A DNA stretch of 64,000 bases from assembly GCA_963817885.1 (NCBI GenBank), contig CAWFQE010000004.1:21419-85418 (forward strand), in the 5' to 3' direction. The DNA is from an uncultured Acidobacteriota bacterium. Its GTDB lineage: Bacteria > Acidobacteriota > Vicinamibacteria > Vicinamibacterales > JAKQTR01. A program made the translations under genes and the position numbers. Of this stretch, positions 10,447-21,024 are shown one piece after another; position 1 is the first letter of the stretch; every line of letters starts with the position of its first letter. The notes below the pieces were generated by a model. The model saw only the letters and a program-made list of their open reading frames with translations, made no database searches and was not told where the DNA came from.

Positions 10447-11843
10447 TCACGCCGCAGCGGCATGAGTGAGCCCACGATCGGTGGGCGCGAAGTGGAATTC
10501 TGTCACGAGCTCCGGATGGTCCACGACTTCTTGTCGCAGCAACGTGATCAGGTCGAGGCACGACGGGCGGAGGGCGTGTCGTCGCCACTTCGGCAACGCG
10601 GCGTAGACGGTTCCCCGCTCGGCGCCGAAGGCGACGAGGGCCGCCAACAACAGCGCGCTGTATGCGGCGACCGACAAGGCCGGTTGCTTGGGGACGGCGG
10701 TCGCGTTCCACAACTGCGCCTGCCCGATCCCCAAGGTGTCCTTCTCCTCGCGATGATTGACTTCGATCTGCCAGCGATCGAAATAGATTTGCAGCAGGGC
10801 GTGGGCCCAGCTGGTCTGGTCGGTGGTCAGCAGATACGCGGGCTGTCGATAGTACGTCTTGCCGCTGTGGCGCTTGCGGTACGGCGTCGGCGCGACCACG
10901 AAGAGGCGCAGCGACCGACGGCCGGCGCCGCCTTGCCACAAGAGGGCCGGCACTTCTTGTACCGGATCCGTCGCCGCTTCCCGCCATAACAGAGTTTGGT
11001 CGTCTGCCACGGGATCGTGTCGTCCTGACGCACCTGCTCGGGCGTGAACTTGGTGACATCGTAGACGCGCCGCTCCCCGGTCGGGGCGTGGCGGCAGAGT
11101 TTCGCGTCCCGGCGTGTCCGGCCGATCACCTCGGTGCGGGCGACCTCGGCCCGCAAACACGTCCGATTACAGAAGCTGCCATCGACCGCCAGCACCAAGG
11201 TCTGTCGGGCGCCCCCGGCCAGATCCAGGTCCGTGCGCAGCCCGTGGGCCATCGTGACGAAGCGGGCCGACAGATTGTGGATCTTGACCGCCGCCTTGTA
11301 GGCGATCCAGGCGGCGGGGTCGGCCGTTCGCGGGGGCTTCTTGACGCACGATACCTCCTCGAAGCGGATGGGCAGCGCCCGCGTGTACAACGGGGCGCGC
11401 CTGTGCAGCGGCACCAACACCGAGGCTTGGAGAAAGCGGATCGCGCGGATCAGATTGACATGGAAGGGCGGCGACAGCGGGTCGCGGTGATAGGCCGCCT
11501 GCGGGATACACCGCCCGGTCTTGTGCACCCGCGTGTCATCGACGGCAACGCCGACCAACCGACCGCGGCACAGCGGCCGCGCGCGGGTCAGGATGGCCTG
11601 GAACAGCGCCTGGGGCTCCCAGTGACAGCGCGAGTGCAGGAAGTACTCGGCGCTCCAACTGCGGTGCTGGCCGCCGTGGGTCCAGATGATCCGCGACAAA
11701 CAGCGGCGCCCGAGACACAGCAACGAGCCCACGGCCTGGCGCACGGCGCGCCGATAGGTGCGCCGTTGCGGAAAGACGTCGCGCCACGGGGCGACGATGC
11801 CCAGGAACGTGCCCAGCAACGTCGCCGGCGGCGCGGCGATCAT
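10447..11843 (-). CDS. DDE transposase, IS4-like, split by one frameshift near 10980-11000
   Basis: Track ORFs 10827..11843 and 10447..11160 join around ..IPWQTTKLCYGGK / AATDPVQEVPALLWQGG... The C-terminal part has Y-x2-R-x3-E-x6-K in IYFDRWQIEVNHREEKDTLG, the IS4 YREK signature. Confidence 0.75.
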
Positions 11844-12178
11844 CGCCCCTCCGGGCGCAGCCCAAAGGTATTCTTATCCGGGCGGGTGAAGCGATCACCT
11901 CGCGCCACTTTCTTGGTGAGCGAGGAGACCAGGCTCTCGCGATCCACGGTCACGTGGAACTGGGCCGCGATACGGGTGAGGATCTCCGAGACATGTAAGG
12001 GGCCGCGGGCTTTCTTGAGTACGTCATGCGCCATGTCCACTTGGGACAGACCTTTGCGAACACGCGGCGTCTTCGAGGTGGGCTCCCCGTGGCGCAGGCG
12101 GCGCACGGCTCGCAACTGGGCGTCCAATGAGGCTTCCACAGTGCCGAGAATCAGGTCTTTGAGATCATCGTCGGGCAT
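11840..12178 (-). CDS. Small helix-turn-helix-like protein encoded upstream of the transposase
   Basis: MPDDDLKDLILGTVEASLDAQL...SQVDMAHDVLKKARGPLHVSEILTRIAAQFHV resembles a HARE-HTH-type winged helix. Its stop overlaps the transposase ATG (ATGA at 11840-11843). The family assignment is tentative. Confidence 0.35.
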   Translation of the reverse strand: MPDDDLKDLILGTVEASLDAQLRAVRRLRHGEPTSKTPRVRKGLSQVDMAHDVLKKARGPLHVSEILTRIAAQFHVTVDRESLVSSLTKKVARGDRFTRPDKNTFGLRPEGR

Positions 12179-12295
12179 CGGCGGCTCCTGATGTGACCGC
12201 ACCAGGATGCCACATCAACGTCGGTCTGTCAACACTATATATGACCGACCGACTCAAATGTAGAAACTCCAGGCCCGGGGTCTTTAGACCCCGGG

Positions 12296-12540
12296 TTTGG
12301 GCGGCCTACATCGGAAGGGATCGCGCCGGGCGCCAGCGGTGTCCGCCGGGTCTAAAGACCCGGCCCACATCGGAAGAAGGGGCCTACACCTGAAGGTGCT
12401 ACCGCTCTGATTGATGTCGCCCGGGGAGTTCGCGGACTCGATGTAGCCCGGGGTCTTCAGACCCCGGGATCGAGCGTGCGCCAGCCGTGTCCGCCGGGTC
12501 TAAAGACCCGGCCGACATTGGAAGGGATCGCGCGGGCCGC
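12296..12540. repeat. Cluster of REP-like hairpins (GTAG/CTAC-flanked palindromes)
   Basis: gtgtccgccgggtctaaagacccggcc.acat.ggaag occurs twice, at about 12338 and about 12486. gatgtcgcccgggg.gttcgcggactcgatgtagcccggggtcttcagaccccggg at 12411-12468 repeats the sequence at 10372-10426. Confidence 0.7.
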
Positions 12541-12544
12541 TCGC

Positions 12545-13729
12545 CTATTTGCCTATCACCAGGATCGTGAACGAGCCCGGGATCGCCAGGCCCTGCCCGC
12601 CGCGACCGCCGGCCGGCGGCGGCGTGGGGGCCGGCCCGCGCTCGACGCTCATGGTCAGGAGATGCTGCGTCTTGGGATCGAACGTCAGCGTCCGCGCGCC
12701 CATCATCGTCTGCAGATTCTGCTCGACTTCGAAGCTGGCCGGGCTCGTCTCCTTGACGACGGTCAGCGTGCCGTTTCCGTGCGTGCTGAAGGCTTCCAGC
12801 GTCACCGGGTTGAAAAATGCGCCGTCGGAGCCGCCAGCGAGCGGCAGCCTCGTGATGATCTTGCCGTCCACGGCACTGAGGATGACCATCACCGGCTTGG
12901 GCGGCTGCGCGGGTTGTGCCGGAAGTGCGACTGTTGCGGCCGCCGGCTCGGCGGGCCGTGGTGTCGGGGCGGGCGGAGCAGGCACCGGGCCTGAAGCAGC
13001 GCACGCCGCGAACAGCACGCGGTTCTTCGCGTCCAGGGCGAGCCCGTTACACCGTCCTGCCTCGCCGAACGGATAATGCGCGGTCGCCTTCATCGTCCTG
13101 GCGTCGACCACGGTCACGCTCCCCTGCGGGTCCTGCATGACAACGTAGAGCGTGCCTTTGCCGTCGGACACGCCCTGCTCGGGCACACCGCCCAGATTGA
13201 TCGTGCCGAGCACGGCGCCGTCCTTGGCATCGATCACCGTCGCGTCCTTCGTCGGATGACTGAAGACGTAGATGCGCTCGTTGAAGGCATCGAACAGGAT
13301 GCCGTCCGGCTGGGCGGCGCCCACGTCGATCTTCTTGATGAGCGTCAGCGTCTTCGTGTCGAACATGCAGACGGGCTTGCTGCTCGAGAAGCCATGGCCC
13401 GACTTCGGGTCGACTGCCACCCCGTTGCCCCCCGTGTCGAGGATTTCTCCGAGCAGCTCGAGCGTGTCGAGATTGAAGACGGTGATTCGGCCGGCCCCCG
13501 CCGGCCTGGCCGGCGCGGTGTCGGTCGCGGGAACGGCGCGCGAGCCGCCTCGCGGGATGTACAGCCGGCGTGCGGCGGAGTCGGCGTAGATGTAATCGAA
13601 ACCGCCCTCGCCGCCGACCTTCGCAGAACTGAGCACCTTGTACGGACCGGCGGATCCGGCCTGGCCGGCCAGAAGGGCCGGCGTGACGAGCGCGATGACA
13701 ACCGCGGATACCAGGCAGAATCGGCGCAT
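12545..13729 (-). CDS. Secreted YncE/YVTN-type beta-propeller repeat protein with a proline-rich insert
   Basis: Signal peptide MRRFCLVSAVVIALVTPALLAGQ. Blade-like segments recur (..GGFDYIYADSAARRLYIP.., ..GNGVAVDPKSGHGFSS.., ..PDGILFDAFNERIYVFSH.., ..CNGLALDAKNRVLFAAC..). The frame is intact at 394 aa. Confidence 0.55.
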   Translation of the reverse strand: MRRFCLVSAVVIALVTPALLAGQAGSAGPYKVLSSAKVGGEGGFDYIYADSAARRLYIPRGGSRAVPATDTAPARPAGAGRITVFNLDTLELLGEILDTGGNGVAVDPKSGHGFSSSKPVCMFDTKTLTLIKKIDVGAAQPDGILFDAFNERIYVFSHPTKDATVIDAKDGAVLGTINLGGVPEQGVSDGKGTLYVVMQDPQGSVTVVDARTMKATAHYPFGEAGRCNGLALDAKNRVLFAACAASGPVPAPPAPTPRPAEPAAATVALPAQPAQPPKPVMVILSAVDGKIITRLPLAGGSDGAFFNPVTLEAFSTHGNGTLTVVKETSPASFEVEQNLQTMMGARTLTFDPKTQHLLTMSVERGPAPTPPPAGGRGGQGLAIPGSFTILVIGK

Positions 13730-14037
13730 GGCGAGCCTCCTCGGAATGTGAACGCGAACGGCCGCTGGTCGGAGCGTGGCCGCGCGATTGGGTCGAGCTG
13801 GAGTCCAGATCCTTTTATTAGAGCACGCTCATCTGAAGATTCGATGAACGGCCGTTCGGAGTCGGACGGGCCAGCTTCGTGGTGCCCATTCGCCGTCCGG
13901 CGCAGGCGTCCGGAGCAGGATCGAGCAGCCCCAACATGCCCCGGATCTACAGCTTGCGACTCTGATAGTGTCTACGAGGCAACCAGAGGGGAAAAGAGCG
14001 ATGGAGCGCCTGTCGGGTGCGCCAGAGAAGGGGGCTG

Positions 14038-14443
14038 CATGAACGTACGATCCGGGATCCTCGCGGTGGCCGCGTGTGCGTTCGTGTTCAATGGATGCGC
14101 AATCGCCAATCGGATGAGCGGGGTCACTGAAAGCCGGGCGATCCAGAAGATCGGTGAATCGGCCCAGGCGACCGTCCTCCAGGTGTGGGACACCGGGGTC
14201 ACCGTCAATAACGACCCGGTCATCGGGCTCAGAGTGGCCGTGGAGCGCGCCGGTCAGCCCCCGTACGAGGCCACCATCAAGAAGAGCCTCGTATCGCGGG
14301 TGCACATCCCTCTGTTTCAAGCCGGATCGCGCGTTCCCGTGAAGGTCGATCCCAAGGATCCCAACCGCGTTGCGCTCGATATGTACAAGTACCTGATGCC
14401 GCCCTGGTCGGCAAAGAAATCCATCGCTTCTGAGTCGCCATAG
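14038..14443 (+). CDS. Small lipoprotein
   Basis: MNVRSGILAVAACAFVFNGC has a lipobox-like FNGC. Only the 3-prime part of track ORF 13076..14443 looks coding; the 5-prime part is antisense to the beta-propeller gene. Confidence 0.5.
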
Positions 14444-14458
14444 TGGTACCTGTGAACA

Positions 14459-15001
14459 GTGCCCCCACACTCAATGTCCAGTCGGGTGTTTGTCGCCGTG
14501 ATGGTGCTGGCGCTCGGATCGTTGCCGGCCCGCGCAGCGGACCGCATCGAGAAGGCCGGCACCGTCCTCCAGATCGCGTTGCCGGTCGCGGCGTCCGTGC
14601 TGACCATCGGCCACCGCGACGCCGCCGGAGCCCTGCAACTGGCGATCTCGATTGGCGTGAGCGAAGCCATCACCCTGGGGCTCAAGCACGCAGTCAACGA
14701 AACGCGGCCCAACGGCGGGAACTTCTCGTTTCCTTCGGGCCATACGTCGCTGTCCTTCACGTCGGCCGAATTCATGCGCAGGCGCTACGGCTGGGCTTTT
14801 GGCGCGCCTGCCTACGCCGTGGCGGCCTTCGTGGGCTACAGCCGCGTGGAATCCCGCCAGCACTACGCCCACGACGTCATCGCCGGGGCTGGAATCGGCT
14901 TCCTCAGCAGCTCTCTCTTCACGAAGAAGTTCAGAGGGATGACAGTCAGCGCGACTGGAGATTCGAAAAGCTTCCGCATCACCATGACTCGCAGATGGTA
15001 G
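14459..15001 (+). CDS. PAP2-family phosphatase
   Basis: Three PAP2 motifs are present: KHAVNETRP, PSGH, and SRVESRQHYAHDV (SR-x5-H-x3-D). Confidence 0.8.
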   Translation: MPPHSMSSRVFVAVMVLALGSLPARAADRIEKAGTVLQIALPVAASVLTIGHRDAAGALQLAISIGVSEAITLGLKHAVNETRPNGGNFSFPSGHTSLSFTSAEFMRRRYGWAFGAPAYAVAAFVGYSRVESRQHYAHDVIAGAGIGFLSSSLFTKKFRGMTVSATGDSKSFRITMTRRW

Positions 15002-15034
15002 ACAGGCCGCCCCTTTCGCGGGCGTTCACAGTCG

Positions 15035-15916
15035 ATGGGACATATGACTGACATGATACGTAAGGCCGCGATCTCGTTCGTCATGGCGTGGGTGGCGGTG
15101 GCGATCTTCGCCACCGGCGCGTCGGCCCAGGGCCATTTCGACTTCGGTTTCCATTACGGGCCGTGGAACATCAACCTGCTCAAGCCGACCATCGAGCACA
15201 TCGTCCAGGATTTTGGCGATCAGATCACGCAGAAGGAGCTGGACCGGATCAGGAGCCTCTATCCGGGCATCGATTTCTCGGTCGTGACGACCAGGACGCA
15301 GGTCGACTTCGATTCGAGCGGGAGCAACTACGGATTCGAAGTGCGCTGGTACCCGCAGGGCGAGAGCGGATCGTTCAGCATCGGCCTCGCCGCCGAGAAG
15401 AGTTCATTCAAGGTCGGCCTGCCCAGCGTCGCGAGCGCACTCTCGCTGACCGATCCGAGGACGCACCTGCCCTGGAGCCTGTCCGCGACGGCTACCGGCT
15501 CGGTCGAGACGAGGCCGCTGGCCGCGATGCTGTCGTTCCGCTGGGACATCGTTCCGTCGGCCTGGCTCCACCCCTACCTCACGCTCGGCCTGGGCGCCGC
15601 GGGCGTTGGCGCATGGGAACAGACCGCGCTTGCCTACTCCTACCAGGGCGTCTTGCAGGTGCCCGGGGGAATCACGGCGACGATCACCGAGTCGAGCAAC
15701 AAGACGCTGCTGCAGCTCAAGCAGGAGTACGACCAGAAGGTCGCAAACGGCGACCGGGATCCGGGAGCGAAACCCTTCGACTACCCGACCATCTTCCCCT
15801 TGCTGCAGCTCAACGTGGGCCTCAAGGCGAAGGTGGCCCCCATGGTCTACGTGCTTCTCGACGGCGGCGTGCTCGACGGATTCGCCTTCCGCGGCGGGAT
15901 CTCCATCCGACCATAG
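15035..15916 (+). CDS. Hypothetical secreted, possibly outer-membrane beta-barrel protein
   Basis: The signal-like segment AISFVMAWVAVAIFATGASAQG is followed by alternating-hydrophobic, aromatic-rich sequence ending ..GFAFRGGISIRP. I recognise no family. Confidence 0.4.
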   Translation: MGHMTDMIRKAAISFVMAWVAVAIFATGASAQGHFDFGFHYGPWNINLLKPTIEHIVQDFGDQITQKELDRIRSLYPGIDFSVVTTRTQVDFDSSGSNYGFEVRWYPQGESGSFSIGLAAEKSSFKVGLPSVASALSLTDPRTHLPWSLSATATGSVETRPLAAMLSFRWDIVPSAWLHPYLTLGLGAAGVGAWEQTALAYSYQGVLQVPGGITATITESSNKTLLQLKQEYDQKVANGDRDPGAKPFDYPTIFPLLQLNVGLKAKVAPMVYVLLDGGVLDGFAFRGGISIRP

Positions 15917-16079
15917 GGGCGACCCTTGCGGTCGCCCGTCGCCCCCCTTCCTTCTCGAAACAGTTGTCAACAGGGCCCGGGACGAAGTACAAGCAACGGA
16001 CCGGCCTTCGTATGGCTGCGCAGCCGTTACGCGATGCCGGCACACCCGCCCGATCGCACGGCCAGGAGATTCGATCATC

Positions 16080-18308
16080 ATGACGACCCGGAAGACTGGC
16101 GTTCCAAACTGGCGTACCGGCCTTGCGCTCATCGCAACGCTTGGCATCCTGCCGGTCAGCGCCGACGCCCAGGACCGCCTGAAGACCATGCCGGGCTACG
16201 ACCGGTTCCAGAAGATGAGCAAGGAGGTCGCCGGGGCGGTGACACCGGGCGCGCTCAACGTGACGTGGAGCGACGGCGGTACGACGTTCGACTATACGAA
16301 GGGCGGCAGGCTCTATCGATTCGACCTTGTGACCAGGCAGACGACCGATCTCGGCGAGGCCCCGGAGCAGCCCGGCCGGTCAGGGGCGCCAGGCGGGAGA
16401 GGCGGACAGGCGGGCGGTCCGGCACGCGGCAGACAGAACGCTTCGGCCGATTCGCCGGACCAGAAGCTGAAGGCCTTCTATCGTGACCGCAACCTGTTCC
16501 TGAGCGATGCGGGCGGTGCCAACGAGTCCGCCATCACGACCGATGGCAAGGGCGATCCCGAGCGCATCAAGTACGGCACGGCCAGCTGGGTCTACGGCGA
16601 GGAGCTCGACCAGACGACGGCCATGTGGTGGTCACCCGACAGCAGGAAGCTCGCCTACTACCGGTTCGACGAGAAGCAGGTGTCCGACTACATCCTGCAG
16701 ATGGACCAGACGAAGCTCTACAGCAGGATCGACGTCGAAGCGTACCCGAAAGCCGGTCAGCCCAACCCGGTTGTCGATCTGTTCGTGTACGACGTCGCCA
16801 GCGGCAAGAGCGTCAGAATCGACGTGCGAGACGGCAAGCCGTTCGACAACAGCGTGGTCGGTCACTACGTGTACCGCGTCGCCTGGTCGCCCGACGGCAA
16901 GGAACTCCTGTTTCACCGCACCAACCGCCGGCAGAACATCCTGGAGTTCGTGGCCGCCGACCCGCAGACAGGCACCTGCCGGGTGATCCTGCACGAGGAA
17001 TGGCCCACCGCCTGGGTCGAGAACAGTCCGACGCTGATGTTCCTGAAGGACGGCAGACGCTTCATCTGGGCGTCGGAGCGGACCGGCTGGAGGAACTACT
17101 ACCTCTACGACCTGAGCGGAAAGCTCCTCGCCACGCTCACCAATTACACGACCTTCGAGGCCGGAGACATCGTCAAGGTCGACGAAGCGAAAGGCGTCGT
17201 CTTCCTGATGGCGCGCGACGGCGACAACCCGCTGAAGATGCAGCTGCACCGCGTCGGGCTCGATGGCAAGGGCGACGTCCGATTGACGGATCCGGCCTTC
17301 AACCACTCGGTGGGCAGCTGCCTCGAACGGCCGGGCGGGCCCGCAGCAGGCCGCGGCGGCCGTGGCGGCGGCGGAACCTGCGGCATCGCGCCCGACGACC
17401 GGTTCGTCGTCGACGTCTACCAGACCCACGACAGCCCTCCCGCCACCCGATTGATCGACGCGGCGACCGCCAAGCCTGTCATCGAGCTGGCTTCGAGCGA
17501 CCTCAGCAAGTTCAACAGCCTCGGCTTGAAGAAGGCCGAGATGTTCACCTACAAGGCCGCGGACGGCAAGACGACGCTGCGGGGAATCATCAGTTTCCCG
17601 TCGGACTTCGATCCGGCGAAGAAGTACCCCGCGCTCGTGCAGGTCTATGGAGGGCCGGCCTTTTCGAGCAACACGGCACGCGAGACATTCGTCGCGCCCA
17701 ACCCGATGGCCGAGTACGGCTTCCTCATCATCAACCTCGACTCGAGGTCCATCCTCGGCCTCGGCAAGCGCACGCTCGACAGCCTGTATCTGAAGCTCGG
17801 CGAAGTCGAGATGGACGACATGGCCGAGGGCATCAAGGCGCTGTGGAGCCGTCCGTACTTCGACAAGGACCGCGTCGGGATCTTCGGGACCTCGTATGGC
17901 GGGTATTCATCGCTGATGTGCGTGCTCAGGCACCCCGAGGCGTTCCGGGCCGGCGCGGCCTCGTCTCCGCCGACCGCCTGGTACCACTACGACACGATCT
18001 ACACCGAGCGCTACATGTGGATTCCCCAGGAGAACAAGGCCGGCTACGAAACGGGGAACGCGATGGCGTATGCTGACAAGCTCAACGGCCGGCTGCTCAT
18101 CTATTACGGAACGGCCGACAACAACGTGCATCCGACCAACTCGATGCAGCTCATCCAGGCGCTGCAGCGGGCCGGAAAGAGCTTCGAGGTCCAGGTCGGG
18201 CCCGACGCCGGGCACTCGGGCGTGAACCAGCAGCGGATGATGGAATTCTTCATCGAGAATCTTGTGATCAACAAGCCGGCTCCCGCACCTTCGGCCAGCC
18301 AGCAGTAG
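16080..18308 (+). CDS. Dipeptidyl-peptidase IV / prolyl oligopeptidase family S9 serine peptidase
   Basis: ATG at 16080 (MTTRKTGVPNWRTGLALIATLGILPVSADAQ). DPP-IV N-terminal propeller features are present (WSPDSRKLAYYRFDE, YPKAGQPNP). The catalytic GTSYGGY (GxSxGG) and a C-terminal D/H region (GTADNNVH..AGHSG) follow. Confidence 0.85.
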   Translation: MTTRKTGVPNWRTGLALIATLGILPVSADAQDRLKTMPGYDRFQKMSKEVAGAVTPGALNVTWSDGGTTFDYTKGGRLYRFDLVTRQTTDLGEAPEQPGRSGAPGGRGGQAGGPARGRQNASADSPDQKLKAFYRDRNLFLSDAGGANESAITTDGKGDPERIKYGTASWVYGEELDQTTAMWWSPDSRKLAYYRFDEKQVSDYILQMDQTKLYSRIDVEAYPKAGQPNPVVDLFVYDVASGKSVRIDVRDGKPFDNSVVGHYVYRVAWSPDGKELLFHRTNRRQNILEFVAADPQTGTCRVILHEEWPTAWVENSPTLMFLKDGRRFIWASERTGWRNYYLYDLSGKLLATLTNYTTFEAGDIVKVDEAKGVVFLMARDGDNPLKMQLHRVGLDGKGDVRLTDPAFNHSVGSCLERPGGPAAGRGGRGGGGTCGIAPDDRFVVDVYQTHDSPPATRLIDAATAKPVIELASSDLSKFNSLGLKKAEMFTYKAADGKTTLRGIISFPSDFDPAKKYPALVQVYGGPAFSSNTARETFVAPNPMAEYGFLIINLDSRSILGLGKRTLDSLYLKLGEVEMDDMAEGIKALWSRPYFDKDRVGIFGTSYGGYSSLMCVLRHPEAFRAGAASSPPTAWYHYDTIYTERYMWIPQENKAGYETGNAMAYADKLNGRLLIYYGTADNNVHPTNSMQLIQALQRAGKSFEVQVGPDAGHSGVNQQRMMEFFIENLVINKPAPAPSASQQ

Positions 18309-18382
18309 CGGGCCGCCGGCGCGGATTGCCACAACCGGGGAGGAGGAGCGGGTTCGCCCGCCCTCGAACAGGGAGGCCAGTC

Positions 18383-19120
18383 ATGACCACGCGGCATCTG
18401 CGAATTTCCGCACTCATCGCTATCGGGTCGGCCTGCGCGCTGGTGATTGGGGGCCTGGGCGTTTCGGCCCAGCAGCTCACCGCCGACCAGGTGGTGGCCA
18501 GGTGCGCCGACGCGATGGGCGGAATGGCGAAGATCAGCGCCGTGAAGACGCTGCGGGTCACGACGTCCTATCCTGAGCGCGCCATCCCGGTCGTGCAGGA
18601 GATCATGCGGCCCAACCTCATGAGGACCGAGTCCGCCTATGTGCTCGTGTTCGACGGCACGCGCGGCTGCTTCACGAAACAGCCGGCGGCTCCCGCCGGC
18701 GAGAAGCCGCGGGCCGCATGCGCGCCCGCCCCTGAAGTGAAGAATTTCGAGGTCGACATCGCCCGGATCTTTCCCGCGTTCTTCGACAACAAGCCCGAGT
18801 ACCTCGGAACCGACAAGGTCGGGACAACCGCTGTACACAAGCTTCGCGTGGCGCTGCCGCTCGGCGCCGCCATGACGTACTTCATCGACGCCAAGACCTT
18901 CCTTCCGCTCAAGGCGACGGCCGAGGTGACGATGAGCGGGAAACCGTTCACGCCGGAATACGCGTTCGCCGACTACGGGACGACCGGCGGAGTGAAGTTC
19001 GCCCACAGCGTCACGTACACCTTCGGAACCGAGGCGCCAATCAAGGCGACGGTGACGAAGATCGAAGTCAACGTGCCGCTAGCACGCGATCGGTTCGTCA
19101 TTCCGGAGGGGATCAAGTAG
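18383..19120 (+). CDS. Secreted LolA-like / lipoprotein-sorting-family-like protein
   Basis: GGGAGG lies 6 nt upstream of the ATG at 18383. Signal peptide MTTRHLRISALIAIGSACALVIGGLGVSAQQ. The family call rests on overall resemblance only. Confidence 0.4.
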   Translation: MTTRHLRISALIAIGSACALVIGGLGVSAQQLTADQVVARCADAMGGMAKISAVKTLRVTTSYPERAIPVVQEIMRPNLMRTESAYVLVFDGTRGCFTKQPAAPAGEKPRAACAPAPEVKNFEVDIARIFPAFFDNKPEYLGTDKVGTTAVHKLRVALPLGAAMTYFIDAKTFLPLKATAEVTMSGKPFTPEYAFADYGTTGGVKFAHSVTYTFGTEAPIKATVTKIEVNVPLARDRFVIPEGIK

Positions 19121-19168
19121 CGGTCCGGTCCTTCCGAAGGCCGCCGCCAGGACACGACGCCAGGCTGC

Positions 19169-20777
19169 TCAGGAACCCGCTTCGAGGTTCTGCTCGAGCA
19201 GCCCGGCGTATCGTCGCAACATCCACACGATCCGTTCGAACACCGTCGTCAGCTTCAAGCAGCAGGGCCTTCTCGGCGGCCGGCAGCTCCTGCTCGGGGG
19301 CGAGGTAGAGGTTGCGGATGCGGCCCATCATCTCCGATCGGTCGCCGCAGATCTCCTGGAGCATGCTGATGTCCTCGCGGCTCTGGGCGACGGCCGCGTC
19401 GTTGGTGAGCAGCAGGAACAGGTCCAGCGACTCCACGAAATTGCCCGTCAACGCATCGATCTTGGCGCCCCGCGTCACGCCCTGCACGCTCACGGCGAGC
19501 TGGTGGAGCGAATCCTCGACCAGCGCGAGCAGGCTGAAGCGGCCGTGGACATTACTCAACCGTTCCGCGGTCCTCGCGGCGAGGTGTTTTCCGACCAGCG
19601 CGTTGTAGTAGTGCTCGATTTCAGCGAACAGAGTGAGGAAGCCGCGATGCAGCGCAGGCGCATCGACCGTCTGCGCCAGGCGGTTCTCGGGGCGCAGCAG
19701 TTCCAGGTGATCACGCAGACGGGCAGCCACCCGGGCCTGCTCCTTCTCGAGCAGGTCGATGGCTGTTTCGGGCTCGCCCAGCGCATCGTGGTTGATGTAC
19801 TTCGGGACCGACAGATCCTCGACGGTGGAGGGCGGCCAGGTCCGCACCAGGAAACGCTCGAGCGGCCCGGCGACCAGGATCCCGATGACGAACATCGTGG
19901 CGTTGAAGCACAGGTTGACCAGTGCGACCTGGAGCGGCACGTGGGTCGAGACGTGCCCGACCAGCGCGCCGATGAGCGGCACGCGCCCGATGTACTCGAG
20001 ATAGTAAAGACCCACGAAGAGCGCGGCCCCGGCCGTCTTGAAGAGATCCTGGAACCCCGAGATCTGGCGCCCGGTGCCCGTCCGGCCGTGCGAGAGCAGG
20101 ATGCGAACGAGCGTCGATCCGAGATTCGCGCCGTAGACCATCATCATCGCGTCCGGCAGGCTGAGCAACTGGGCGCCTGACAGGGCCACCGTGATGAGCG
20201 CGACCGCGGTCGTCGACTGGGCGAGAAACGACGCCAGCGTTCCGAGCAGGAAGGACTCCGCGCTGGACCCGTGCCCGGCCCGGACGAATTCCTGGAACCA
20301 CAGCGACCTCTCGACTCCCGACGCGCCGAGCGTCATCAGGTCGCTTCCGTAGAGCAGCAGGCCCAGGCCGAGCGCGATGGATGTCAGCGAGCGCCAGTGG
20401 AACTCGCTCGACACCGAGTAGACGATGCCCGAGAGACCGACCAGGTAGAGCACCGCGACGCGGATATCGAGCGCCCCGATGAAGACCAGCGCCGTCGTCC
20501 CGACGTTGGCGGACGCCACGATCGGAAGCGCCTGCCTGACTGTGATCATCCCGCTCGTGGTCATGCTCCCGAGCACGACGGTGACGGCCGACGCGCTCTG
20601 CATCACGGCCCCGGACAGCACGCCCAGCACGGTGCACGAGGCGATGTTCTTGGTGGATCGCCGGATGAGCGTCCGTAGACGGCGCGATCCGCTCGCCTGG
20701 AACCCGGTGCTGACCAGTTCCAGGCCGAGAAAGAAGACACCGAGGCCGGCGACGAGCAGGGCCACGATTTCGCGCAT
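19169..20777 (-). CDS. Na/Pi cotransporter-family protein with PhoU-like C-terminal region (one frame break near 19255)
   Basis: MREIVALLVAGLGVFFLGLELVSTGF... has repeated NaPi-II-type membrane segments. The expected C-terminus LKLTTVFERIVWMLRRYAGLLEQNLEAGS-stop (stop 19169-19171) is one frame off from the track ORF tail. Confidence 0.7.
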
Positions 20778-21024
20778 GAAGGGGCAGGATGCAGCATCGC
20801 GGCCGGTGGCGTCAACTGACCGTCCGGGAACCCGCCGCCGTCCGGCCCGGCCTTCTTCGGCAGGCCTCGGACCAGGCGACAAGACTCGCCTTCGGAGAAT
20901 AGAATGCCGTAACGGCCCGATCAGCCAGGCCGCTCACTCGGAACCGTGTTCCCGGAGTGCTTCTTCACGCGGGCGCCACGCGGCTGGGGACGCCGGAGGT
21001 GGTCGTTTGGCCGGAGGACGACGA

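Larger units (their letters stand above)
10405..12295. mobile_element. IS4-family-like insertion sequence (~1.9 kb) with 38-bp terminal inverted repeats
   Basis: The reverse complement of 10405-10442 is atgtagaaactccagAcccggggtctAAagaccccggg. Positions 12258-12295 read atgtagaaactccagGcccggggtctTTagaccccggg, a 35/38 match. Two co-oriented ORFs lie inside. Confidence 0.75.

Noticed and set aside
13076-14443. The 455-aa plus-strand track ORF as a single gene.
   Set aside because: The first ~320 codons are antisense to the beta-propeller gene and are compositionally non-protein-like. Only the last 134 codons, starting at ATG 14038 with a lipoprotein signal, look genuine.
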